64,000 nucleotides of DNA from positions 36,940 through 100,939 of the forward strand of contig JBAZLK010000001.1 of NCBI GenBank assembly GCA_041650335.1. The letters are read 5' to 3'. Shown in pieces: positions 8,790 through 17,529 of this stretch. The DNA is from Patescibacteria group bacterium (GTDB taxonomy: Bacteria; Patescibacteriota; Patescibacteriia; JAHIZJ01). How positions within the stretch are numbered: the first letter of the stretch is position 1; each line of letters starts with the position of its first letter. The position numbers and the translations under genes were made by a program. The notes under the pieces were generated by a model. That model had not been told where the DNA came from and did no database searches. It saw only the letters and a list, made by a program, of their open reading frames with translations.

Positions 8790-10022
8790 TCAGTCCTGGG
8801 TCGCCAACTGCAGCCAGTAGGCGACCCCCAACACGAGCGCGCGCTCGTCGGGGTTGAAGAGAGGTCTGTGGTGCCCGTGGCCGTGGACAGCCTGCTCAGC
8901 CGGTGTGATACCGCCGGCACCCAGGAACATGAAGTTCCCCGGGAAGCCAGCGTTGTGAAACTGGCCGAAGGACTCGCCGCCGAGTATCTGGTCCATCTCG
9001 GCGACATGAGCAACGGGATTGTCGTGGGACAGCCGAGCCCAGGCGGCAACTTCGTGAGCCGCCCGTCGAGCGGCTTCCGTGGGAAGCGGATCGTTGATCG
9101 TGGGAATGTGTCCGGCCGGGTGGTCGACGCTGATTTCCACGTCCGGCCAGGCGGTCCGGAACGACTCGATGATGCGGTCGAGGCAGGTGTGCATTCCGTC
9201 GTAGGTCTCGCGGTCGAGTGCTCGAAACGTGAATTCGAACTCGATCACCGAGGGAACAACGTTCGCTGATTGCGCCGGAGTTGGAGCGGCGCAATGAACG
9301 AATCCCTTGGGCTGGAATTTGCGGGTCAGGCTTCCGGCGAGTTTCGTGACCAGCCAAGCATAGGCGTCGATCGGACTGACGATCGAGCCCTGCCCATACT
9401 CCATGGCGTGGCCGCCCCTGGCACGGAGCGTGATCTTCGGCCGGTCGCTGTAGCATGAGATCGTTCCGACACAGGTCAGGAAGGTGCCGGTCGGGTACAC
9501 GACGCCACAGTGGGACGTGAGCACGTGCAGGCCATGGACCTCGTCCAGGCCGTGGCCCCCGCCTTCGGCGAGCAGCTTCGGCTCGCCCCCAGGCGGAATC
9601 TCCTCGGCCCTGGTGAAGAGAAGCCGGATATTCCGTGTCAGAGATGCGCGGTTGGACACGAGACGCCCGGCAGCCATCAGGAGCATGGCCACGTGGCAGT
9701 CGTGCCCGCAGGCATGCATGACTCCGGGCACGGTCGAAGCGTACTCGAGTCCGGTCTCTTCCTCGATCGGCAGGGCGTCCATGTCCGCCCTGAAGCCGAT
9801 GCGCGGAGCAGTGGTTCCGAGCGACGAGCTGTCGATGTCGCAGATGATTCCGCCGGTGATGATCTTCGGCGAGAGACCCATCTGCTGCAGTAGAGTGATG
9901 ACTCGCTCGGCCGTTGCCGTTTCGAGCCAGCCCAGCTCGGGCTGGCGGTGAAGATCTCGACGAAGAGCGATCAGCATTGCCTCGGCTTGGCCGAGAAGAC
10001 TGTCGAACAGAGATAACGGCAT
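8790..10022 (-). CDS. M20-family amidohydrolase (aminoacylase / hippurate hydrolase-like)
   Basis: The MHACGHD metal-binding motif is present. Start is the ATG at 10022, preceded by CAGGAGGGTACCT. GC is very high, which generates long antisense shadow ORFs. Confidence 0.85.
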   Translation of the reverse strand: MPLSLFDSLLGQAEAMLIALRRDLHRQPELGWLETATAERVITLLQQMGLSPKIITGGIICDIDSSSLGTTAPRIGFRADMDALPIEEETGLEYASTVPGVMHACGHDCHVAMLLMAAGRLVSNRASLTRNIRLLFTRAEEIPPGGEPKLLAEGGGHGLDEVHGLHVLTSHCGVVYPTGTFLTCVGTISCYSDRPKITLRARGGHAMEYGQGSIVSPIDAYAWLVTKLAGSLTRKFQPKGFVHCAAPTPAQSANVVPSVIEFEFTFRALDRETYDGMHTCLDRIIESFRTAWPDVEISVDHPAGHIPTINDPLPTEAARRAAHEVAAWARLSHDNPVAHVAEMDQILGGESFGQFHNAGFPGNFMFLGAGGITPAEQAVHGHGHHRPLFNPDERALVLGVAYWLQLATQD

Positions 10023-10207
10023 AGGTACCCTCCTGTGTTCGTCCGTGGTATCCAACGCGACTCATCTATGTATGCACATCAAGGTTCGCCTTGATAAAAC
10101 CAAAGATGTGAAAAGGGCGCAATGTAACCAGGTACTATAGACGAAAAACTTGAAATTGTCAAGGGTTTTCAGTGAAATATAGGTGATTTGTATTTTTTCA
10201 AAAGTTA

Positions 10208-10216
10208 TGCTATAAT
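10208..10216 (+). promoter_or_regulatory. extended -10 element (TGcTATAAT) 12 nt before the ATG at 10229
   Basis: The hexamer lies directly upstream of the start and there is no SD. Confidence 0.45.
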
Positions 10217-10228
10217 AAGTTCACGTTT

Positions 10229-11173
10229 ATGGAGAAAATTACCCTTCCATTTAGCCAAATTGATATTTCATCTGTTCCCGACGCCGGTGGGAAGGGTGCC
10301 AATCTCGGCGAGCTGACAAAAGCCGGCATTCCGGTACCGCCCGGATTCGTTGTCACGGCCACGGCGTTCAAGAAATATCTCGAGCTGTCAGACCTTGATG
10401 TCGAACTCGACGCCATCCTTGATGAACTGAAGATAGAGGACGTCAGTTCGGTCGAACGCGAGTCGCGGAAGATGCGTTCGCTCATTCAACGAGAGAAAAT
10501 ACCTGAAGCGATAAGCCAAGAAATCAAAACAGCGTTTCGTCATTTACGGGCCAAGTACGTGGCCGTGCGCTCCTCGGCTACGGCTGAGGATTCAAAAGTG
10601 GCTTCCTGGGCAGGCGAGCTCGAAACCTACCTCTTTATCACCGACAAGGAGCTTCTCGCCGCTGTTCGGAAATGCTGGTCATCGCTCTATACGCCGCGGG
10701 CTTTGTTCTACCGATTTGAAAAGAAACTGCACAACAAGATGATCCGCGTCGCGGTCGTCGTGCAGAAAATGATCAATGCAAAGGTTTCCGGTATCGCCTT
10801 TACCACCCACCCGGTGACGCGCGACCCAAATCAGCTGATTATTGAAGCGGGGTGGGGTTTGGGTGAGGCGATCGTGTCAGGGCAGATAACGCCTGACGCC
10901 TACGTCCTGGACAAGGCAGATAACACCTTGATTGACGTAAACGTAAACCGGCAGGAGATGATGATCGTGCCGGCTGTGCCGAAGGGTACAAAAAAAGTGA
11001 GCGTGCCGCGAGCGAAGCAAGAAAAACAAAAACTGACCAAAAGCCAGATTCTTACGCTGGTCGACATCCTCCGGCGGATCGAAAAATATTATGGTAGCCC
11101 ACAGGACATCGAGTGGGCGTTTAACGGGCAAAATTTCTATATTGTTCAGACGCGCCCAATAACCACGCTTTAA
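10229..11173 (+). CDS. PPDK_N-type ATP-binding domain protein (PEP synthase / rifampin phosphotransferase-like N-domain only)
   Basis: N-terminal signature DAGGKGANLGEL...GIPVPPGFVVT. The protein is 314 aa and has no His domain or TIM-barrel domain. Confidence 0.8.
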   Translation: MEKITLPFSQIDISSVPDAGGKGANLGELTKAGIPVPPGFVVTATAFKKYLELSDLDVELDAILDELKIEDVSSVERESRKMRSLIQREKIPEAISQEIKTAFRHLRAKYVAVRSSATAEDSKVASWAGELETYLFITDKELLAAVRKCWSSLYTPRALFYRFEKKLHNKMIRVAVVVQKMINAKVSGIAFTTHPVTRDPNQLIIEAGWGLGEAIVSGQITPDAYVLDKADNTLIDVNVNRQEMMIVPAVPKGTKKVSVPRAKQEKQKLTKSQILTLVDILRRIEKYYGSPQDIEWAFNGQNFYIVQTRPITTL

Positions 11174-11175
11174 TT

Positions 11176-12993
11176 ATGGAGCTAGCCGGTACATCACCGC
11201 AGGCCAAAACAAACGGCGCAGACAATCTTGCCGATCAGATTCTTGACGCACTCCAAAGTCAGTCGTCGAAGCACGCCCTGACTCTGCTTTTCCAGCTCCA
11301 AACCAAAGAACAAACGGCGGCGCTGCCCGCTGACCTCCAGGAACAGAAACAGCGCCTGCAAATCATTGCTATCCCGTTGCTCTCGGCCAACGAGCTGGTT
11401 TCGATTTTTCAAAAAAATCTCGGGCCGGTACTCGAATTTAATGTCGGCGATCGTTTGAAACGCCGATTCGTGTCGTTACCGTTACGCGACCAGGACGAGC
11501 TGAAACAGAATATTCAGTCGGCTCTCGAATTAAACACGCTCCCGTTTGTATCGGGCGTCGTGGCTTCGCCGGCGGCCTGGATCGAGCAATATAATCTGCG
11601 ACACGGACAATATGCCGATTTCTTAAAGAATAACGTAGCCTATATTTCCCTGACGAAAGAAGAGCAACTGAAGGTTGAGCGTCTCATGCGGCTGTATCAG
11701 CAGATTTCCGCGCCCTCCACGTCACCGGCTGGGATCGAGGACGAGATGTTGGTGAAGGATGAACAAGGGAAATTTCAGGTATTGCGCGAGGGACACTTCA
11801 TCGAACTGAACGCCGAGCCCATCGAAACCCCGCCGACTCCGAGTCCAAGCATCCAGCCAGTCCCACCAAAACAAGGTATTCCGCCGTCGCCGGTTGTGAC
11901 GATCCCGGTCGCGCCGACAGTGCCACCGCGGCCGACAGTCCCGCCCAGAACCGATCTCCCGAAGCCAGCGGCGGCGCCAGTCCAGCCGGTTTCCCGGCCG
12001 ATTATTCCGCAGCCGCGTCCCAGCCCAGCCAGCCAAAGCCCGACCGCTGATTTCTATTTTCATCGCGAAGATGAGGAGGAGGTGAATCGCTATCGGACGC
12101 GGCTCGCCGACGCTGCCATGCCAACCGGCGTCAATATTGAACAGATCGCCGATCGGCTGATCCGCGATTTTCGTTTGACCTTTGCCAATGACGCGTTACG
12201 TTCGCGCTTTGTCAGCATCATCGTTTCCCGCCTGAAAGACGTACGCGATTTGATTGAAACAAAGAACATGCTCATGCGGCCGATTGAGGTCGGCGGCATT
12301 GGTCTGCCGGAAACGCTCGTGATGCAAATTCTTTCTCAGGTTGAGGAGGAAATACTGACTTTACATAATCGGCCAGCTGAGCCGGTCAGTCAGAAAAAAC
12401 CACCCGAACCGGCTCCCGTCAAACCGCCTGAGGAGCCAATTACGCCACCGGCTGCTCAAATGCCGCCAGTGATCGCGCCGACAGTACCGTCGCGGCCGAC
12501 AGTCCCGCCCAGAACCGATCTCCCGAAGCCAGCGGCGGTGGTTCAACCAACGCCAATTCAGCCGCGCCAACCTGTGACGAGTCAGCCTGCAAAATCGGGC
12601 ACGACCATTGTAAAACGGCCTGTTGAGACAATGCGGCCGGTCATGTCGGACATAAAGCCGCCGGCCAAGACTGTCGGACCAGTTGAAGAAATTCTTCGCC
12701 TGACGCCTGACGATTACCGTCGTCTCGGAAAGACCTTGGCCGAAGCGAATGATAAAATCGCTGAAAAACTCGACCTGCTGGAAGAGGATTCATATCTCAG
12801 ACGGGCCGAGGGCGTAAAAGCCTGGAAGAAGAACGCCGTTCACCGGCTTTATCTCGAGATCGGCCGGGAAAGCATGGAGCGGAACATGGCCATTTCGGAC
12901 GTTATTCGCCAGCGTCAGGAAGCGAATCGCCCGACCGTAACCGAGGAGGAATTTCACGCCATCGCTGATTTAAATAAGCGGATAAGTTTCTAG
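11176..12993 (+). CDS. proline-rich hypothetical protein with two internal near-identical repeats
   Basis: 605 aa with no signal peptide or TM segment. The PTVPPRPTVPPRTDLPKPAA block occurs twice. Confidence 0.55.
   Translation: MELAGTSPQAKTNGADNLADQILDALQSQSSKHALTLLFQLQTKEQTAALPADLQEQKQRLQIIAIPLLSANELVSIFQKNLGPVLEFNVGDRLKRRFVSLPLRDQDELKQNIQSALELNTLPFVSGVVASPAAWIEQYNLRHGQYADFLKNNVAYISLTKEEQLKVERLMRLYQQISAPSTSPAGIEDEMLVKDEQGKFQVLREGHFIELNAEPIETPPTPSPSIQPVPPKQGIPPSPVVTIPVAPTVPPRPTVPPRTDLPKPAAAPVQPVSRPIIPQPRPSPASQSPTADFYFHREDEEEVNRYRTRLADAAMPTGVNIEQIADRLIRDFRLTFANDALRSRFVSIIVSRLKDVRDLIETKNMLMRPIEVGGIGLPETLVMQILSQVEEEILTLHNRPAEPVSQKKPPEPAPVKPPEEPITPPAAQMPPVIAPTVPSRPTVPPRTDLPKPAAVVQPTPIQPRQPVTSQPAKSGTTIVKRPVETMRPVMSDIKPPAKTVGPVEEILRLTPDDYRRLGKTLAEANDKIAEKLDLLEEDSYLRRAEGVKAWKKNAVHRLYLEIGRESMERNMAISDVIRQRQEANRPTVTEEEFHAIADLNKRISF
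11911..11974 (+). repeat. intragenic 64-bp direct repeat, copy 1
   Basis: GCGCCGACAGTGCCACCGCGGCCGACAGTCCCGCCCAGAACCGATCTCCCGAAGCCAGCGGCGG. Confidence 0.9.
12475..12538 (+). repeat. intragenic 64-bp direct repeat, copy 2 (61/64 identical)
   Basis: Same sequence as copy 1 with 3 substitutions near its 5' end, lying 564 bp downstream. Confidence 0.9.
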
Positions 12994-12999
12994 GGGAGC

Positions 13000-13455
13000 A
13001 TGCCACTTCAATTCACTGTGCCACAATTCATCGATGTTGAAGACAAGATCTTCGGTCCGATCTCGGTCCGTCAATTCGTTATTATTTTAATTGGGATCGG
13101 TGTGGTCGTGATGCTGTATTTCGTGTTAACATTTACATTGTTCATCCTTGCCGCTCCGCTCGCCTGTGGCGTGATCGCCATCTTTGCCTTCTTTAAGATA
13201 AATGGCCAGCATTTTCACCTTTTTCTCCTCAACGTCGCGACCACCTTCCGTCGTCCGCGCATCAAACTGTGGCATAAACACTTGGATGATGACGAGATCC
13301 AAGAGGAAAAAGCGAAGGAAAAGGTCGGTTCAGAAGGCGGCGGACCGCCGAAGGTCACTCCGACGAAAAGCCGTCTGCGGGAGCTTTCTCTGATCGTCGA
13401 CACCGGTGGCGCCTACGGCGAGGAATCCTGGCAGGTAACTCGCGATATCCGATAG
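13000..13455 (+). CDS. PrgI/VirB3-like small membrane protein (T4SS)
   Basis: N-terminus FTVPQFIDVEDKIFGPISVRQ followed by two TM helices. It sits immediately upstream of VirB4. Confidence 0.6.
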   Translation: MPLQFTVPQFIDVEDKIFGPISVRQFVIILIGIGVVVMLYFVLTFTLFILAAPLACGVIAIFAFFKINGQHFHLFLLNVATTFRRPRIKLWHKHLDDDEIQEEKAKEKVGSEGGGPPKVTPTKSRLRELSLIVDTGGAYGEESWQVTRDIR

Positions 13456-13468
13456 CTAACAAACATTC

Positions 13469-14152
13469 ATGCCTACTCCACAGAACAAACAGCGCAAAAA
13501 CACTCCCTCGACTCAGCGGTTCGTGCCGATCGCTGAAATTAAGGATGACGCCGTCATCCTAAAAGACGGGACCATCCGAGGCGTTATCCTGGTTTCCTCG
13601 ATCAATTTTGCTTTGAAGTCGGAAGACGAACAAAACGCCATCATTCAGGCCTACACTCAGTTTCTCAACTCATTTGAATTCCCGGTGCAGGTAGTGATTC
13701 AATCGCGGAAACTTGATATCGATGAATACCTCCAACGGCTCGAGAAGGTTGAAAAGGAGCAAATGAACGAGTTGTTAAAAATGCAGACCCGGGAATACCG
13801 CCAGTTTGTAAACGAACTGATCGAATTGGCTGATATTATGAGCAAGCGTTTCTATGTCATTGTCCCGTACGCGCCGGTAACGAAAAAATCCTCGAAGAAA
13901 TTTTTTGACCGGGTCCAGGAATTATTTGCGCCCAGCCGGATTATTCAACTGAAAAAAAGCCAATTTGAAAAATACCACACCGAACTGGCGAAGCGGGTTG
14001 ATTTCTTGATCAGCGGCTTGAACGCCATGGGCTTAAAAGCCGTCGGCCTTGATACGCAGAGTCTGATCGAACTGTATTACAATACATATAATCCAGAGAC
14101 CTACGACCACCAAGAATTGGTCCAGGTTGATCGCATTCAAGTGGAGCACTAA
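13469..14152 (+). CDS. VirB4/TrbE N-terminal segment encoded as a separate ORF
   Basis: The pattern FVPIAEIKDDAVILKDG...INFALKSEDEQ...FLNSFEFPVQVVIQS matches the N-domain of Gram-positive-type VirB4. The stop at 14150-14152 lies 2 nt before the next ORF's ATG, in a different frame. Confidence 0.6.
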   Translation: MPTPQNKQRKNTPSTQRFVPIAEIKDDAVILKDGTIRGVILVSSINFALKSEDEQNAIIQAYTQFLNSFEFPVQVVIQSRKLDIDEYLQRLEKVEKEQMNELLKMQTREYRQFVNELIELADIMSKRFYVIVPYAPVTKKSSKKFFDRVQELFAPSRIIQLKKSQFEKYHTELAKRVDFLISGLNAMGLKAVGLDTQSLIELYYNTYNPETYDHQELVQVDRIQVEH

Positions 14153-14154
14153 TT

Positions 14155-16080
14155 ATGGCAAACCTCGATCTCTCGAAAAAACAAGCCGCGATACCGGAAG
14201 CAACCCAGGCCAAGGTCATTTTAACGCCGCAACAAAAACGCGAGGCGGAGGCATTGGCTCTTGAGCGCGAGAAACGCGCGATTGAAGTCGAGCGGATCTA
14301 CCGCGAAGGCGTGGTGACGATCCGGGATCTGATCGCCCCGTCGTCTTTCCGGGTCATGCCGTCGTATGTCGAGTTGGGCAGCAAATTCGTCCGGACACTC
14401 TTCGTGGTGACCTATCCGCGTTATCTCACGGTCGGCTGGTTTGCGCCGATAGTCAATCTCAATTTCACGCTCGATATCTCGATGTATTTCTACCCGATCG
14501 GTTCCGACATTATTTTGAAGCAATTACGGAACAAAGTCGGTGCTCTCGAAGCACAAATCATGGCTGACGCTGAAAAGGGAGCGGCGCGCGATCCGATGCG
14601 AGAAACCGCGCTGCGCGACATTGAGAAGCTGCGCGATGATCTGACTCAGGGAACCGAGAAATTCTTCCAATTTTCTCTGTATGTCACCCTGTATGCGGAT
14701 TCGCTCAAGGAGCTAAATGAATTGACGGACCGCGTCGAAGGCATGCTCGGCTCACGTCTGGTTTATTCAAAGCGGGTGTTTTACCAGGCGGAACAGGGCT
14801 ATAATTCAACTCTGCCCATGGCGATCGACGAGATCAATGTGACCTTTAACATGAACACCTCGCCGGCCGCCTCGTCCTTCCCGTTTATATCGTCCGAGCT
14901 GACGAGCGACAACGGAATTCTTTACGGCATTAACCGCCACAACAACAGCTTGATCCTATTTGACCGTTTCAGTCTCCAGAATGCCAACTCCTGCGTTTTC
15001 GCCACCTCGGGCGCAGGCAAAAGCTATGCGGTCAAGCTTGAGGTGCTCCGCAGCTTAATGCTTGGCACAGACGTTATCATTATTGATCCGGAAAAGGAAT
15101 ATAAGTATCTCTGCGACGCGGTCGGCGGGGCCTACGTCAACATCTATCTCAACTCGGATTCAAAGATCAACCCATTTGATTTGCCGCGACCGGTCGGGGA
15201 GGCTGACCGACCGGCTGACATCATCCGTTCAGCCGTGATTACGTTGAAGGGGCTGCTCCGCTTGATGCTCGGGGAATTTACGCACGAGGAAGACTCGCTG
15301 GTTGACCGGGCGCTGATCGAAACCTACGCCAAGAAAGACATTACGGCTGATTCTGACCTGACGAAGATCGAAGCGCCGCTCATGTCTGATTTTGAAGAAG
15401 TTCTCGGCGGGATGGAGGGTGGCGACGGCTTAGTGAAGCGGCTGAAGAAATTCACCGAGGGAACGTTTGCCGGTCTGTTTAATAGCCCAACGAACATTGA
15501 TGTTAAAAATCAACTGGTCGTGTTCAGCGTGCGGGATCTTGAAGACGAGCTGCGGCCGATTGCGATATATACCATCATCAATTATATCTGGAATGTTGTC
15601 CGGTCGGAAATGAAAAAGCGGATTATGGTTATCGATGAGGCGTGGTGGCTGATGCAGAACGAAGACTCGGCCAAATTCATCTATGCACTGGTTAAACGCT
15701 GCCGCAAATATTATCTTGGGGTGACGACGATCACGCAGGACGTAAACGACTTTTTGCGATCGCCGTACGGTCAGGCCATTGTCACAAACTCGTCATTGCA
15801 GCTGTTGCTCAAACAGTCGCCGGCCGGTGTTGATATTTTGGCAAAAACATTCTTACTGACAGAAGGCGAAAAATATTTGCTTCTTGAAAGCGGGGTTGGC
15901 GAGGGAATATTCTTTGCCGGTGCCCGCCATGCCGCCATCAAAGTTGTCGCCTCGTATACGGAGGATCAAATCATTACCTCGGATCCGAAGCAGCTGCTCG
16001 AGATTGAGGCCGCGAAGAAGGAATTCGCCGAATCAATGGCTCAAGAGGAGGACGTAAAGTCAGCTGCACCAAAACCATAG
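14155..16080 (+). CDS. VirB4/TrbE/CagE-family type IV secretion ATPase (ATPase segment)
   Basis: Walker A FATSGAGKS and Walker B IMVIDEAWW are present, with VirB4-like collinearity. Confidence 0.9.
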   Translation: MANLDLSKKQAAIPEATQAKVILTPQQKREAEALALEREKRAIEVERIYREGVVTIRDLIAPSSFRVMPSYVELGSKFVRTLFVVTYPRYLTVGWFAPIVNLNFTLDISMYFYPIGSDIILKQLRNKVGALEAQIMADAEKGAARDPMRETALRDIEKLRDDLTQGTEKFFQFSLYVTLYADSLKELNELTDRVEGMLGSRLVYSKRVFYQAEQGYNSTLPMAIDEINVTFNMNTSPAASSFPFISSELTSDNGILYGINRHNNSLILFDRFSLQNANSCVFATSGAGKSYAVKLEVLRSLMLGTDVIIIDPEKEYKYLCDAVGGAYVNIYLNSDSKINPFDLPRPVGEADRPADIIRSAVITLKGLLRLMLGEFTHEEDSLVDRALIETYAKKDITADSDLTKIEAPLMSDFEEVLGGMEGGDGLVKRLKKFTEGTFAGLFNSPTNIDVKNQLVVFSVRDLEDELRPIAIYTIINYIWNVVRSEMKKRIMVIDEAWWLMQNEDSAKFIYALVKRCRKYYLGVTTITQDVNDFLRSPYGQAIVTNSSLQLLLKQSPAGVDILAKTFLLTEGEKYLLLESGVGEGIFFAGARHAAIKVVASYTEDQIITSDPKQLLEIEAAKKEFAESMAQEEDVKSAAPKP

Positions 16081-16110
16081 ATAATTACGTAGGTTAAAAA
16101 ATACTATCGT

Positions 16111-16743
16111 ATGAAAGGGTTCCGCATTCTCATTATCGTGCTTGGAGGGCTGGCCGTTCTCGCCGCCGCGGCGCTGGTGGTTTTGCGATTGACGCAAAAG
16201 CCGACTACTGCGAATACCAATACGAATATTCCGGCAAATAATGCGGTGGTGAATACGACAAACGAAAACACCAACGCGTCAAATCTAAATGCCAACGCGA
16301 ATACGAATATCGTGAATACAAATACCGTACCGAGCAACACGAACACAAACACCGGGAGCACACCCGAAGCGAATCTCAAGGCGGTCGCGCGAAGTTTTGC
16401 TGAGCGCTTTGGAACATATTCGAACCACTCTGATTTTGAAAACATCGAGCACTTGATACCGTATATGAGCGAACGGATGAAAAAATGGGCGCAAAAATAT
16501 CTTGATGAGCAGCGGGACAAAACCGTCGATCAAAGCGTTTACTACGGCATGATTACCCGAACCATGTCGGTGAAACAGATCAGCTACGATTCTGATAATG
16601 GCACGGCTGAATTTCTGGTCACGACGCAGCGGAACGAGTCGACCGGTACAAGCTCGAATGCAAGAATATTTTACCAAGACCTCCAGATAAAATTTATTAA
16701 AGAGCAGTCGGTTTGGAAAGTAAACGAAGCCTGGTGGCAGTAA
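16111..16743 (+). CDS. bitopic membrane protein with N/T-rich linker and NTF2-like C-terminal domain (possible VirB8/PrgL-like)
   Basis: N-terminal TM helix, then NTNTN low-complexity, then a ~130-aa globular domain. The VirB8 assignment rests on position and architecture only. Confidence 0.5.
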   Translation: MKGFRILIIVLGGLAVLAAAALVVLRLTQKPTTANTNTNIPANNAVVNTTNENTNASNLNANANTNIVNTNTVPSNTNTNTGSTPEANLKAVARSFAERFGTYSNHSDFENIEHLIPYMSERMKKWAQKYLDEQRDKTVDQSVYYGMITRTMSVKQISYDSDNGTAEFLVTTQRNESTGTSSNARIFYQDLQIKFIKEQSVWKVNEAWWQ

Positions 16744-16752
16744 CGGGTTGAT

Positions 16753-17469
16753 ATGGCTACGAATGGAAACAATTTTGATGACGCGCTAGGGAAATCAAAG
16801 GAGAAACGACGCGAATTAGATGATCGAACCGGTCGTTCAAAATCGAGTCAAGAAGCGCTCAGTCGTCAGCTGGGACAAGATCCGAAGTCTTGGCACGATC
16901 AGCAAATTCGGCAGGGGAAAGACGCGTACACAAAAGACCGGCTAGCCAGTTCGATGGGCAGTTCAATCGGCGACGTCAATCAACCGCGTGGCATCCGGGG
17001 ACGAGTGGCTGACAAGATGGATCGATCGATACAGGATTTTGACGCCCGTCAGGGTGTTGCTGGCGCAGCCGGTGAACGGTCGGCCGCGAAACAGCTAGGT
17101 GGTGCTAAAGCCGCGGCGTTGAAAAAAGCAGCCGAAGGGGGAAGCGCTGAAGAAGTCGGCGAAGCAGCCGGTGCTGCCGCTCTTCAGGCAAAAAAGATAC
17201 AGCAATACCGGATGCTCCTGATGGTTTTGAAAGGAGTCAAGGTCGGCGCGGCGGCAACGGTGGTGGGAATAATCATCACGATCCTGATCTGGGTGGCTCA
17301 GGTAATCCTCTCAAAGGTCTTTGGCAAAAAAGAGTTTGAGCTCGATTTGTGGGAAAAGATCATCGCCTATCCAATTTGTTTTATCATTTTAGTCTTTGTG
17401 GTGACACAAATTGCAGTTCTTGTCCAAGCCCTTGGTTTAGTGAGTAGTGCCATCAATTGGATTTCCTAG
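16753..17469 (+). CDS. hypothetical protein with C-terminal hydrophobic hairpin
   Basis: Charged N-terminal region followed by two C-terminal TM helices. Confidence 0.45.
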   Translation: MATNGNNFDDALGKSKEKRRELDDRTGRSKSSQEALSRQLGQDPKSWHDQQIRQGKDAYTKDRLASSMGSSIGDVNQPRGIRGRVADKMDRSIQDFDARQGVAGAAGERSAAKQLGGAKAAALKKAAEGGSAEEVGEAAGAAALQAKKIQQYRMLLMVLKGVKVGAAATVVGIIITILIWVAQVILSKVFGKKEFELDLWEKIIAYPICFIILVFVVTQIAVLVQALGLVSSAINWIS

Positions 17470-17529
17470 CCTCACTTGGGCACATGCGCTGGTTACGTAA
17501 TAGTGAAAAAGATGTGGTATAATACAGCT

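Noticed and set aside
8896-10065. 389-aa Arg/Ser/Pro-rich ORF overlapping the M20 amidohydrolase in another frame on the minus strand
   Set aside because: Compositional shadow ORF typical of GC-rich DNA. The co-located frame carries the clear M20 motifs.
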